Shown: positions 46,305-59,562 of the stretch, piece after piece
How positions within the stretch are numbered: position 1 is the first letter of the stretch
Layout: each line of letters starts with the position of its first letter
Source of the DNA: Eledone cirrhosa
Taxonomy: Eukaryota
NCBI GenBank assembly: GCA_964016885.1
Contig: OZ024749.1
Coordinates: forward strand, 34,162,001 to 34,226,000
Length of the DNA: 64,000 bases
Direction of reading: 5' to 3'
Notes under the pieces: model-generated
The model's input: the letters and a program-made list of their open reading frames with translations, nothing else
Databases searched by the model: none
Told to the model about the DNA's origin: nothing
Translations under genes and position numbers: made by a program

Positions 46305-46715
46305 ACATATATATATGTACATACATATATACATATATATACATATATATATGTACATATATATACATATATATATACATATATATATGTACATATATAT
46401 ACATATATATACATATATATACATATATATACATACATACATATATACATATATATACATATATATACATATATATACATATATATACATATATATATAC
46501 ATATATATACATATATATATACATATATATATACATATATATACATATATATATACATGTGTGTGTGTGTATGTGTGTATGTGTGTATGCGTGTGCGTGT
46601 GTGTGTGTGTATATACCATAAAATGTATATACGAATGTATGTGATTCAGCAAGTGTATTTAGGCGTATATTTGAATTGTAGTGTTTCTGTCTGTGTATGT
46701 TTCCCTTTGCACATG

Positions 46716-46850
<135 letters not shown>

Positions 46851-47238
46851 CTGTGCGTGTGCGTGTGTGTGTGCATGTATGTGTGCATGTGTGTATATGT
46901 GTGTTTCTCTGACATGGGTGAGAATATACAGATGAAAGACAAAAACAAAAAATTCAAATCGAAATTAAAATGGCCGAATGTTTTAAATGATATTTGCGCT
47001 GTTCAGCGATACAATTATTCTAAATATGAACATGTACTAAATATAGACATTATATATCATAATGTTTTATGATTTCCTTTTTATGTTCAGCAGGGGGAGG
47101 AGGGGGTAGGTGGTTTTAGATTATTTATCAGGAACAAAAGAAATCAATAGATAATTAATCTTACATTTCTCAAGGCACGTATCTTACAAATATTCTTGCT
47201 TGTAGATTACGTTATTTGTTTTTATTGATATGAATAAA

Positions 47239-47340
<102 letters not shown>

Positions 47341-47518
47341 TACATATATATATGTGTGAAAGGTAAACAGAAATAACAACACAATGTGTATATGTATATA
47401 TACATACATACTTACATATATATATATGTGTGTGTGTAACTATATATACATGTATATGTATATATGTATATGTATAAACATATATATATACATAACAGAG
47501 AGAGAGTTACACACACAC

Positions 47519-47552
<34 letters not shown>

Positions 47553-47631
47553 AACTCTCTCTCTGTTATGGATATATATATGTTTATATATATATATATA
47601 TGTTTATATATATATATATATATATATATAT

Positions 47632-47676
<45 letters not shown>

Positions 47677-47695
47677 TATATATATATATATATAT

Positions 47696-47734
<39 letters not shown>

Positions 47735-47826
47735 TATATATATATATATATATATGTTTATATTTATATATATATATATATATATATATGTTTATATTTA
47801 TATATATATATATATATATATGTTTA

Positions 47827-47866
<40 letters not shown>

Positions 47867-47868
47867 TA

Positions 47869-47980
<112 letters not shown>

Positions 47981-48949
47981 CAAATCAAGATTTGATTGTA
48001 TATATCAGTGTGTGTGTATGTTTTTATGTTTATGCGTATATATATATGTGGGGTTGTGTCTGTACGTGAGTATGTATGCGTGTGTGTGTGTATGTTGAGT
48101 AACAGTTTATTTATTCATACTATTTTAAGCGCAATATACTGGCATTTATTAAACTGGTCGGTTTGTGTCGTAAAATACATGATTTTTGAAATTTTATTGC
48201 ATCTTTATTTCATATTATTTTTCTCTTATCAAATACCGTTTGCTTTCAGTCGAGCACAATCAAATACTATTTAATCATCTACTTTTCATCGTTTCTGTTT
48301 TGTTTTGTGGTTTTTTTTTGTTTTTTGTTTTTTGTTTTGGGGGTAAATATAGAACTCTTATGAAAAGATTCGATTTTGATTTCTCTAAGTATGACAGTTT
48401 TCAATATAAATTTGATATTTCGTGAAGTTATAAAGACATTAAGTGTTTCGAAGTTGGGCTTCAAAATGAATGACTTTCCTGTAAAACGTGACACCAAAAG
48501 GTTTCGATAAAGGCAATGTAACGAATGTCCTTGGTTATATTTGTGAAAGGCAGTGAAAGAAATGAATTGAAGTGAATTAATTGTTCTAAACGTCCATTGC
48601 GGCACAACCTGCGAAGCATTTCACACACACACGTATTTCTCAAGAAGATTCAATGTGATACAAGATTGGTCTTTTGAATTACATATAAAATCATCTGACA
48701 GGCTTCGAAATAGTTTCCGTCTACCCAATTATACTCAAAATGCTTGGGTCCACCTGGGACTATGGTAAATGACACACTAACATAGAATCCGGAATCTTGT
48801 GATTGCAATGAGCACAATTCTTAAACATTTATACATGATGTATCCTATATATATAAGTGTGTATGTGTGTGTGGGTGTGGGTGTGTGTGCGTAAATATAT
48901 ATATATATATGTGTGTGTATGTGTAAATATATATATATATATATATATA

Positions 48950-49241
<292 letters not shown>

Positions 49242-49375
49242 TGTGTGTGTCTGTGTGTGTGTGTGTGTGTATATATTAAAACACACGATAAAGTTTCGTT
49301 GACATGTGTTTAGTTTTTTATCGTGTATCGACCTGTTTCAGGCGTTCCGCAGGAGATTGCATTTCTTGTTGAATC

Positions 49376-49467
49376 ACCTGTCTGAAGAGCAGATCGATAA
49401 TGTAGTTGACTTTATAACCTCTATGGGTGACCTTGAGCTATTCCTCTGCGAAACGTGCGTAACAGGT
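49376..49467 (+). ncRNA. Type I hammerhead with 51-nt loop II (family H)
   Basis: acctgt-CTGAAGA-gcaga[51 nt]tctgc-GAAA-CGTGCG-TA-acaggt. Lies in a diverged fold-back (~49270-49350 vs ~49445-49530). Confidence 0.85.
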
Positions 49468-49575
49468 CGATACACAATTAAAAAAACTAAATACATGTAA
49501 AAGAAACTTCATCGTTTTTCTTAATATATACACTTTGGTACCATCACCAGTAATTCATTGAACCACTTACACTAT

Positions 49576-49606
<31 letters not shown>

Positions 49607-49660
49607 CATACATAACAGCCGTACTAAGAGTGGGAAATGAAATTTCATTTCATTTTTTCC

Positions 49661-49716
<56 letters not shown>

Positions 49717-49992
49717 GAAAGAGTCTTCAAGACTATACAGAGCATTTGATGTTTTTCCAAATTGAAGGATAAGTATTTTAGACTTTATTTTATCATGGCT
49801 CTATTGATTTTTCCCTGGATTTCACTAAATTCTGTGGTGGATGAATTTATATCCTGATTCTCTTTTGAGATGAGTTTGAATTATTTTTCCTACATCTTAC
49901 GTTAACTATTTTTCCCATCTTGACGACATAGTCGCATATATGTTATGGAATACTGTGAGCTTATCGCTAAAACAATTTCTATACCTTTCATT

Positions 49993-50054
<62 letters not shown>

Positions 50055-50070
50055 CATATATATATATATA

Positions 50071-50160
<90 letters not shown>

Positions 50161-50487
50161 GCCACCCAATCATGACAAAAGACAGATGACGAACTGAAAA
50201 TTAAAGAACTTTAGATAAAACGAAGCAGCATGCCCTTCTTTGAAGAAAGCAATGTGTTCCCAGAATGGTACAAAGCAAAGATTCCATATTGTCTTCAGAT
50301 CGATATTGAAACAGAAAAATAAATGACAAAAAAATAGATTCTGGAAAGAAAAAGAAAACTCCGAGAAAAATATGTCATGATTCCAATTCAGTGAAATAAA
50401 TAATGGTGAAATATTATCTGACACGAAGTTAATCCCAATTGTCTCCCTTTCTCTCTCACTCTCTCTCTCTCTCTCTCTTATCCCTCG

Positions 50488-50561
<74 letters not shown>

Positions 50562-50805
50562 CCCTCGCTTCTCACTCTCTCTCTTATCCCTCACTTCTCT
50601 CTCTCTCTCTTATCCCTCGCTTCTCACTCTCTCTCTTATCCCTCGCTTCTCACTCTCTCTCTTATCCCTCGCTTCTCTCTCTCTCTCTCTCTCCCCAACT
50701 GTTTGCCTCTTTCTCCCTTTCTCTCACTCTTTTTACACATACACTTACACATACACTTACACATACACACACACTTACACACACACATATATATATATAT
50801 ACACA

Positions 50806-50882
50806 CAGGGTGTCCCATAAAATGTATATACACTTCAATAGCATTCTAATGAAAGTGTGTATACATTTTTGGGGACACCCTG
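50806..50882. mobile_element. Tiny Tc1/mariner-type MITE
   Basis: TIRs cagggtgtccc...aaaatgtata and tatacatttt...gggacaccctg. Right flank TA, left flank CA. A related single end lies at ~9135-9162. Confidence 0.7.
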
Positions 50883-50971
50883 TATATATGTATATATATA
50901 TATATATGTATATATTTCGTTTCTGAATTTGTTTAGCAAGATTCTTTATCTGAAATCGTGTGTTGAAACCG

Positions 50972-51866
50972 ATATTGTTATACTTTGGGAGGGTCATGTT
51001 GCCAATAAGAAACACACGCACCAGTTGCTTTCACTTCAATTTATTATATATTTATAAATTTATAAATTTACAAATCTACAAACTTATAAATTTCTGGTTG
51101 GTTGGTTGGTTCCACAACCAGATAGTTGTTTATATATAGTCATAGTCCTTTCGTCACACACTCTGTGACCTCTTCAGTGACTGGGGATTCCTTTCTTTGT
51201 TTCTGTGCCTTTCCTTTCTTCTATCCTACGCCATTTTGTTTCTGTGTGTGTGTTGTGTGCTCAGTTTGCGCATGCGCCACATCCGGGTGTCTGTGTGTGT
51301 TTGTGTTCATTTATCTATTTGTTTATTTATTTATTTATTTATTGTTGGTTGGTTGTTTGTTCTATGTGTGTGTGTGTTTTCATTTTGTCCTGTGTGTGTG
51401 GAACAGCAACATCACAACTTACAATTAAGGACAAAATGAAAACACACACAGGACAAAATGAAAACACACACACACATAGAACAAACAACCAACCAACAAT
51501 AAATAAATAAATAAATAAACAAATAGATAAATGAACACAAACACACACAGACACCCGGATGTGGCGCATGCGCAAACTGAGCACACAACACACAGAAACA
51601 AAATGGCGTAGGATAGAAGAAAGGAAAGGCACAGAAACAAAGAGAGGAATCCCCAGTCACTGAAGAGGTCACAGAGTGTGTGACGAAAGGACTATGACTA
51701 TATATAAACAACTATCTGGTTGTGGAACCAACCAACCAACCAGAAATGTATAAGTTTGTATAATTTGTAAATTTATAAATTTATAAATATATAATAAATT
51801 GAAGTGAAAGCAACTGGTGCGTGTGTTTCTTATTGGCAACATGACCCTCCCAAAGTATAACAATAT
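50972..51866. mobile_element. Family E inverted pair (~425-bp arms), hammerheads at 51138-51182 (-) and 51655-51699 (+)
   Basis: Both arms run to the tail end gaccctcccaaagtataacaata. Same hammerhead as 37738-37782. A tail stub also lies at 24559-24582. Confidence 0.88.
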
Positions 51867-51990
51867 ATGTATATATATATATGTATATATAGATATATAT
51901 ATAGATATATATATACATGTATATATATATATGTATAAATATATATATATATATATAAAAATATATATATATATATATAAATATATAAAA

Positions 51991-52107
<117 letters not shown>

Positions 52108-52123
52108 AGTTGCAATATCGGAA

Positions 52124-52369
52124 GGAGACCTTACTTTTGGGATTGCCCTCGTATATAGTAACTGCGCGAAATTCGCACTTGGTGGTAGCGTTCAACGGGA
52201 GCTCCATTCTCAATGGCTGCCAAGCCAAGATTGAGCATCCCAGCGGAGCGCGCGCTTGCTTGTTTGCGAGTGAAGGAAGCACCAATCACAACAGTGTTGC
52301 CAACAGCCGTACGAACAGTTTCTCTGCGTCCCCATCGCTTTGGAGACCTTACTTTTGGGATTACCTTCG
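52124..52369 (-). mobile_element. Mariner-like transposon left end plus a second TIR
   Basis: TA-CGA(A/G)GG(T/C)AATCCCAAAAGTAAGGTCTCC twice in the same orientation. ATG at 52207 opens [16 protein letters not shown], resembling a mariner transposase N-terminus, then truncated. Confidence 0.7.
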
Positions 52370-52428
<59 letters not shown>

Positions 52429-52457
52429 TCCTCTATATCTCCCAACCCTTCCCTGTT

Positions 52458-52488
<31 letters not shown>

Positions 52489-53164
52489 CTCCCTCTCTCT
52501 CCCTCTCTCACTCACACTCTTTCTCGCTTTCCAACTTACACGCTTTAATTACTCGAATCTAACTTTTTCTTTCATTTTCCATCCATTTTCTTGTACGTAT
52601 TATATTTTCTACAATATCTTACAATACCTATTTATATATACATATATGTTTGTGCGTGTGTATGTGTGCATATACCTCACCCTATCTCTCAATCTTTTAC
52701 TATAAATATTCCTACACATGCACAAGCCTATCCGTCACACACACTTCATTCTCTCTCTCTCTCTCTCTCCCTCTCTATCACTCACTATCTCCCTCTCCCT
52801 CCCTCTCTATCTCTCTCTTTCACTCATATTGCCACTTTTTTCGTTTCTTCCTCTTCCTTTCGTTTGTATGTTGCTATTAATACAGCTTCTATACTTAATA
52901 TTCTAGTTGGTGTTTGTTTGAGTTATTTAGTTATATTGTTATTAACTAATATTTTTTCTCTGTAGTCATATACTTCGTGTCCTCTAATATAATATTCTGT
53001 AGAGTCTCATTGATGTGAATGCATGGTCAATCAATGAGAAAGTGTCACGGGTGTGTCCCCGACTTTATAGTTTGTGTCATGAAGTTTACAGCTTTCGTCC
53101 ATGAACAGAAACATTGTGTATATATATATATGTATTTATGTTTATGCGTATGTAAGTATATATG

Positions 53165-53203
<39 letters not shown>

Positions 53204-53367
53204 ATCTTTGTATGTGTGTATGCATGTATGCATGTATGAAAGTGTGAATGCATGTATGTATATATTTATATATGTATATATGTATTTATGTATGTATATT
53301 TGTATTTATATATGAATATAAGTATTTATGTATGTATGTACGTGTGTATGTATGTATTTATGTATGT

Positions 53368-53649
53368 TAGGTTAAGAGAGTGGGACTGGCTTTGTGCAGT
53401 GCCTTTGCTCACTATAAAAGCTTCACGGCACAGGCATTGCTTTATATCTGGAGATCTCTCTGCACTTGTCGTCACATGGTACCATGGGCCCAGCACTATG
53501 TGTCAATAATTGTCACAAGTGTAGTGTTTGTACCAGAATTTTCAAGTCGCTGGCTGGACTAAAAAGTCACACTTGTTCAGCGCATCGGTAGGGGTTCTCC
53601 TACATGGATATAAAGTAGTGGCCGTACTCGAAAACGAGTTGGCAGCCAC
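53368..53649 (+). mobile_element. Non-autonomous RTE derivative, 5'-truncated
   Basis: Near-identical to 2610-2890. 13-bp TSD tatttatgtatgt at 53355-53367 and 53650-53662. Confidence 0.85.
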
Positions 53650-54106
53650 TATTTATGTATGTATGTATTTATGTATAAATATATGTATCTATGTATGTAT
53701 GCATATATATATACTTATGTATACATGTCTTTATGTATTTATATATTAATACATGTATTTATATGTGTATGTATATATTAATATACGTATTTATGTATTT
53801 ATGTATGTACGTATACTTATATATGTATGCGTATGTATATATGCACGTATATGTGTGTCGATATGTATCTGTACGTATGTGTGTTAGTATTATGTGAAAT
53901 TATGAACACGTATAAACGTTAATTCTCCTCTAAGACAAATCATAATCACCCTCAGTCACCTTTTCAATTTCCATTTAGCCTTTCGCCCGAACGAATTATT
54001 TCATTTTTAATAATGTTATTCTATGAGACATATTATGAAGTCAAAAATATGATTTCTTGCCTTTTATTTTTTCTTCTTCTATTGATTTCTTAACAACAGC
54101 AACTGC

Positions 54107-54156
<50 letters not shown>

Positions 54157-54157
54157 G

Positions 54158-55612
54158 TTTGGACTGGATAAATGCGCCAAAGCAACGTTCACCAGAGGAA
54201 AGCTACTGAAGAGTTCAGACATTAATCTTGATCGGGGGAACGTGATAAGAGAGCTTGATCAAGAACAAACTTACAAATATCTAGGTGTTTGTGAAGGAGA
54301 CGGAATCAAGCACTCGACAATGAGGGAAAGGATAAGGAAGGAATGTTACCGCAGAGTCAGAGCAATCTTAAGAACGGAATTGAATGCAAGGAATAGGATC
54401 GATGCCATAAACACGCTTGCCATACCAGTAGTAACCTACAGTTACAATGTCATCAACTGGTCAAGCACAGAGATCCGTAGGCTCGATACAAAAATCCGAA
54501 AATTCTTAACCATGCACAGAATGCATCACCCTAAGGCAGACATAGATAGAATATATCTCCCTAGGAAAGAAGGAGGACGTGGGTTAATCCAGTTAGACAT
54601 TGCGTTGAAAACTGCAACAATTGGATTATCCACATATCTAAGGGAATCACATGATTGGATGATCAAACTCGTTTTGAAACACGAAAGCACCAAAAGATCA
54701 TATTCCATTACAAAAGATGCACAAAGATACAGTAATGGACTACAAATTTCAGAAGTCCCATTTACTGCTGAAATGGAAAACACAGAAAAAGCAAAGCAGG
54801 TAAAAGTAACTGCAAAGAAAGAACTGCTACAGAAACTGGCTAAGAAATGGCAAGAAAAGCCTCTGTATGGAAAATACCCAGAGCGAGCTAACAATCCTGA
54901 TGTTGACAAAACTTTAACCCATCAGTGGTTGGCATCCTCTGGACTGAAATCGGAGACTGAAGGACTGATTATCTCCGCACAAGATCAGTGTCTGCCAACA
55001 AAAAATTACCAAGCCAACATAATAAAAAATGGGTGCAGCCCATTATGCCGTGTATGCAAAAAACAACCAGAGACCATTGACCATATAATTTCAATGTGCA
55101 GTCCTATAGCTCCAACCGAATACCTAAACAGGCATGACAGAGCTGCACAATACATACATTGGATAATGTGTAAGCATTTTGACCTGCCCCATCAAAAGAA
55201 TTGGTGGGAGCATCAACCACTTCCCATACTTGAAAAAGATCACATCTCAATCTTGTGGAACTTTAGCATCCAAACAGACCGAAAAATAGATGCAAATAGA
55301 CCTGATATAATATTGAAGGACTTTCAAAGGAGGGTATGCCTGCTAATTGATATGTCTGTTCCAATAGACAAGAATGTATCTATAAAAACATTTGAAAAAT
55401 TGAGCAAGTATAAGGACCTGGAGATAGAAATTGGAAAAATGTGGAAATTGAGAACTAAAACAATACCAGTGGTTGTAGGCGCTCTGGGAATGATACCTAA
55501 GGGGTCTAACGACTACTTATCGCAAATCCCAGGAAACCCGCGTATAGGAGAAATACAAAAGATAGTACTAATGGGAACTGCCCATATACTAAGGAAGATC
55601 CTGTCAATATAA
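54158..55612 (+). CDS. R4/Dong-like non-LTR retrotransposon ORF, 5'-truncated (RT thumb, CCHC knuckle, restriction-like endonuclease)
   Basis: Open from FGLDKCAK. Motifs YKYLG, RIYLPRKEGGRGL, CRVC...ETIDHIISMC, RHD, RPDII...LIDMSVP, KLSKY. 3' UTR to ~55751. (AAT)n on both sides. Confidence 0.92.
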   Translation, partial: FGLDKCAKATFTRGKLLKSSDINLDRGNVIRELDQEQTYKYLGVCEGDGIKHSTMRERIRKECYRRVRAILRTELNARNRIDAINTLAIPVVTYSYNVINWSSTEIRRLDTKIRKFLTMHRMHHPKADIDRIYLPRKEGGRGLIQLDIALKTATIGLSTYLRESHDWMIKLVLKHESTKRSYSITKDAQRYSNGLQISEVPFTAEMENTEKAKQVKVTAKKELLQKLAKKWQEKPLYGKYPERANNPDVDKTLTHQWLASSGLKSETEGLIISAQDQCLPTKNYQANIIKNGCSPLCRVCKKQPETIDHIISMCSPIAPTEYLNRHDRAAQYIHWIMCKHFDLPHQKNWWEHQPLPILEKDHISILWNFSIQTDRKIDANRPDIILKDFQRRVCLLIDMSVPIDKNVSIKTFEKLSKYKDLEIEIGKMWKLRTKTIPVVVGALGMIPKGSNDYLSQIPGNPRIGEIQKIVLMGTAHILRKILSI

Positions 55613-55752
55613 GTACATCACAAGTCTAAACACTAAGGATGCATGTGTGAATATGTGTGTTCTTTCTTGAACATGGCGGACCTTGTTGTCTCTTGAGGTC
55701 ACTGGTTGTGACTTGGTGATAACTCGTATAAACATAAAGCAAGATAAATGCA

Positions 55753-55805
<53 letters not shown>

Positions 55806-56355
55806 TGATGATGATGATGATGATGATGATAATATAACGGAACAATACTGAGGGAAAAGGAAAAACAATAATAAAAATAATAAAAATAATAATATAACTT
55901 ATTATTTTCTTCTTGTAAACCATTTCTGTTTAATAAAGTAATCATCATCATCATCATAACAGTAATTATTATTATTATTATCATTATAATACTTTCATAA
56001 TAAACTAGAAAATACCATATAAAGCCTATAACTGATTATTTTTTATTAAGTTTGCTGAATTATCACCCTTGAAATGAGTAGTCATTTGTATTAAGTCTGT
56101 GGAATGCCATAACAGAGTCTCGAGTCATAATGGTAGAAACTTTCAGATAATCCAGATACAATATTAAAAGAAATTAATCATTTTTGAGGTTGAGATTTTG
56201 CGAGAATGGAAATAGGGAAACAGAGAAACAGATACAGTGAGAGAGCGAACGGGAGAGCGAGAGCGAGAGCGAGAGAGAGAGAAAACGCACACACACACAA
56301 ATACACACACCACACACACAAACACATACAAACACACACACACACACACACACAT

Positions 56356-56395
<40 letters not shown>

Positions 56396-56614
56396 CATAA
56401 AACATGTCTATAGAATCACTAGATAAAATATATACCGTTTCCTCTCCCAATTAGCATAATTAACCATATAAAAAATCAATTAGACCAAGCTATAAGAATA
56501 AAGGCTCTTATGAAGAAATCTCCGACAAATAACTTTGGATCTGAACATATCAATGAATTAACACGGTAAAATCTATGACATTATGTTTTCCATGTTTTTT
56601 CTATTCAAGTTCTT

Positions 56615-56822
56615 ACTGCCTGATGAGGTCATAGCTGTTGAATAATGGGTATCATTGAAATATATATAGCAGCAAATATGAATAAACAAAGCTAATTTTA
56701 CCCTGTTGACTTACACTTCTTGTTTTAATATTACTCTGGAGTAAACAGACCAACCTGCGCACTTCGTTGAGTGCTCCAACCTGCATACTGAAGTGTAGGT
56801 AAACAACCAACACATACTCACA
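56615..56822 (+). mobile_element. Family B fragment with decayed hammerhead (56615-56672) and tail
   Basis: actgc-CTGATGA-ggtcatag...tatcatt-GAAA-TATATA-TA-gcag. Tail matches 29935-30030. Confidence 0.7.
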
Positions 56823-56829
56823 ATTATAT

Positions 56830-56920
<91 letters not shown>

Positions 56921-57031
56921 TATATATATATAAAATATGTGTATATTACTTGCGACCGATAGATAGTATTAGCAATTGGAAAGACCAGCGGAAACATTGT
57001 TTCCTCGCTCCGATTTGATGAAAGTCGATCG

Positions 57032-57092
<61 letters not shown>

Positions 57093-57110
57093 TATAATAT
57101 ATATATAAGA

Positions 57111-57467
57111 TCAAAAGATGGTTAAAAGAGTTCCATGTATTTTATTATGCGCATTTCGAAAACAAATATCATCATGCAATAACATTTGTGTTTTCATCAG
57201 ATAAAATAGGAAGACATGATATGAAGGTTCTGCACTATCCACAAGTGTTTTTAACCTTCATATCATGTCTTCCTATTTTATCTGATGAAAACACAAATGT
57301 TATTGCATGATGATATTTGTTTTCGAAATGCGCATAATAAAATACATGGAACTCTTTTAACCGTCTTTTGTTCTTATATATTACGTATACTCCAGTCCTA
57401 CAAACTGTAGAGTGCTTCTTATCCGATATCTGCATTGCTTTATTGTACTACAATAAAACTCACTTCC

Positions 57468-57470
<3 letters not shown>
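57111..57470 (+). mobile_element. Fold-back element family G
   Basis: Arms ~57111-57228 and ~57254-57371, ~100-nt tail, (TA)n flanks. Confidence 0.85.
57274..57344 (+). ncRNA. Type I hammerhead (family G); mirror copy 57138-57208 (-)
   Basis: tattttat-CTGATGA-aaacacaaatgttatt(gcat)gatgatatttgttttc-GAAA-TGCGCA-TA-ataaaata. 8-bp stem I, palindromic ATGCGCAT. Confidence 0.85.
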
Positions 57471-57543
<73 letters not shown>

Positions 57544-57769
57544 GTGTTTCTCTGACTCTTCTCTTCCTCCCTTTTCCGTGTCTCCCCTTCTTTCTATCTC
57601 TAGTATTCGATTAAAACCTCTAGGGTCACAGAAATACTTATCTCCCGTTTCATGGAATTATACATATTTGGAATAAATATCGGGATGGTTCTCGCGGGTG
57701 ATACTATTAATCACGTCAACCATCAGACAGACCCGCATAAACCTCAGAGGCATCTACAGATACATACGT

Positions 57770-58921
57770 ACATGCAAACATACATGCAGATACATACATA
57801 CAGATACATACATATATACATACATACATACATACATACATACATACATACATACATACAGACAGATACATACATACATACATACAGATACATACATACA
57901 TACATACATACAGATACATACATACATACATACATACATACAGATACATACATACAGATACATACATACATACATACAGATACATACATACATACATACA
58001 TACATACATACATACATACAGATACATGCATACATACATACATACAGATACATACATACATACATACATACATACATACATACATACATACATACATACA
58101 TACATACATACATACATACAGATACATACATACATACATACAGATACATACATACAGATACATACATACATACATACATACATACATACATACATACATA
58201 CAGATACATACATACATACATACATACATACATACATACATACATACATACATACATACATACAGATACATACATACATACATACATACATACATACATA
58301 CATACATACATACAGATACATACATACATACAGATACATACATACAGATACATACATACATACATACATACATACATACATACATACATACAGATACATA
58401 CATACATACATACATACATACATACATACATACATACATACATACACATACATACATACATACATACATACATACATACATACATACATACATACATACA
58501 TACATACATACATACATACATACATACACATACATACATACATACATACATACATACATACATACATACATACATACATACATACATACAGATACATACA
58601 TACATACATACAGATACATACATACAGATACATACATACATACATACATACATACATACATACATACATACATACATACAGATACATACATACATACATA
58701 CATACATACATACATACATACATACATACATACAGATACATACATACATACATACATACATACATACATACATACAGATACATACATACATACAGATACA
58801 TACATACAGATACATACATACATACATACATACATACATACATACATACATACATACATACAGATACATACATACATACATACATACATACATACATACA
58901 TACATACATACACATACATAC

Positions 58922-58952
<31 letters not shown>

Positions 58953-59095
58953 CATACATACATACATACATACATACATACATACATACATACATACATA
59001 CACATACATACATACATACATACATACATACATACATACATACATACATACATACATACATACATACATACATACATACATACATACATACATGC
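57770..59095. repeat. (CATA)n satellite with CAGATA interruptions
   Basis: Direct inspection. Confidence 0.95.
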
Positions 59096-59425
59096 AAATA
59101 TGCCAATAAATAGATTTGAAATCATTACTGTTAAGTCTTAAGTTAAAGTCGCTCACTTATCAGTTATTAAGCTTTTTTTCTTTTAGAGGTACAAATAGCA
59201 ATTTGTTCAGAAACTACATTCTCGTAAAATGTTTAACAAATTGAACTAGTAATCGACTTTGATATCATCCATTTAGTGCAACTAAGTGATACATCAATCG
59301 TATAATGGCTACTTTGCTCCGGGGGAATGGAAAACTATCGGTTATTAACTACTGTCTTAATTTTAGTAGAGCAATGATCAATGATGAGGCGCAATAAATA
59401 GATAGTGAGACTGACAGATAGATAG

Positions 59426-59520
<95 letters not shown>

Positions 59521-59562
59521 TAGGTAGGTCGGTAGGTAGGTAGATAGGTAAATAGATAGATA

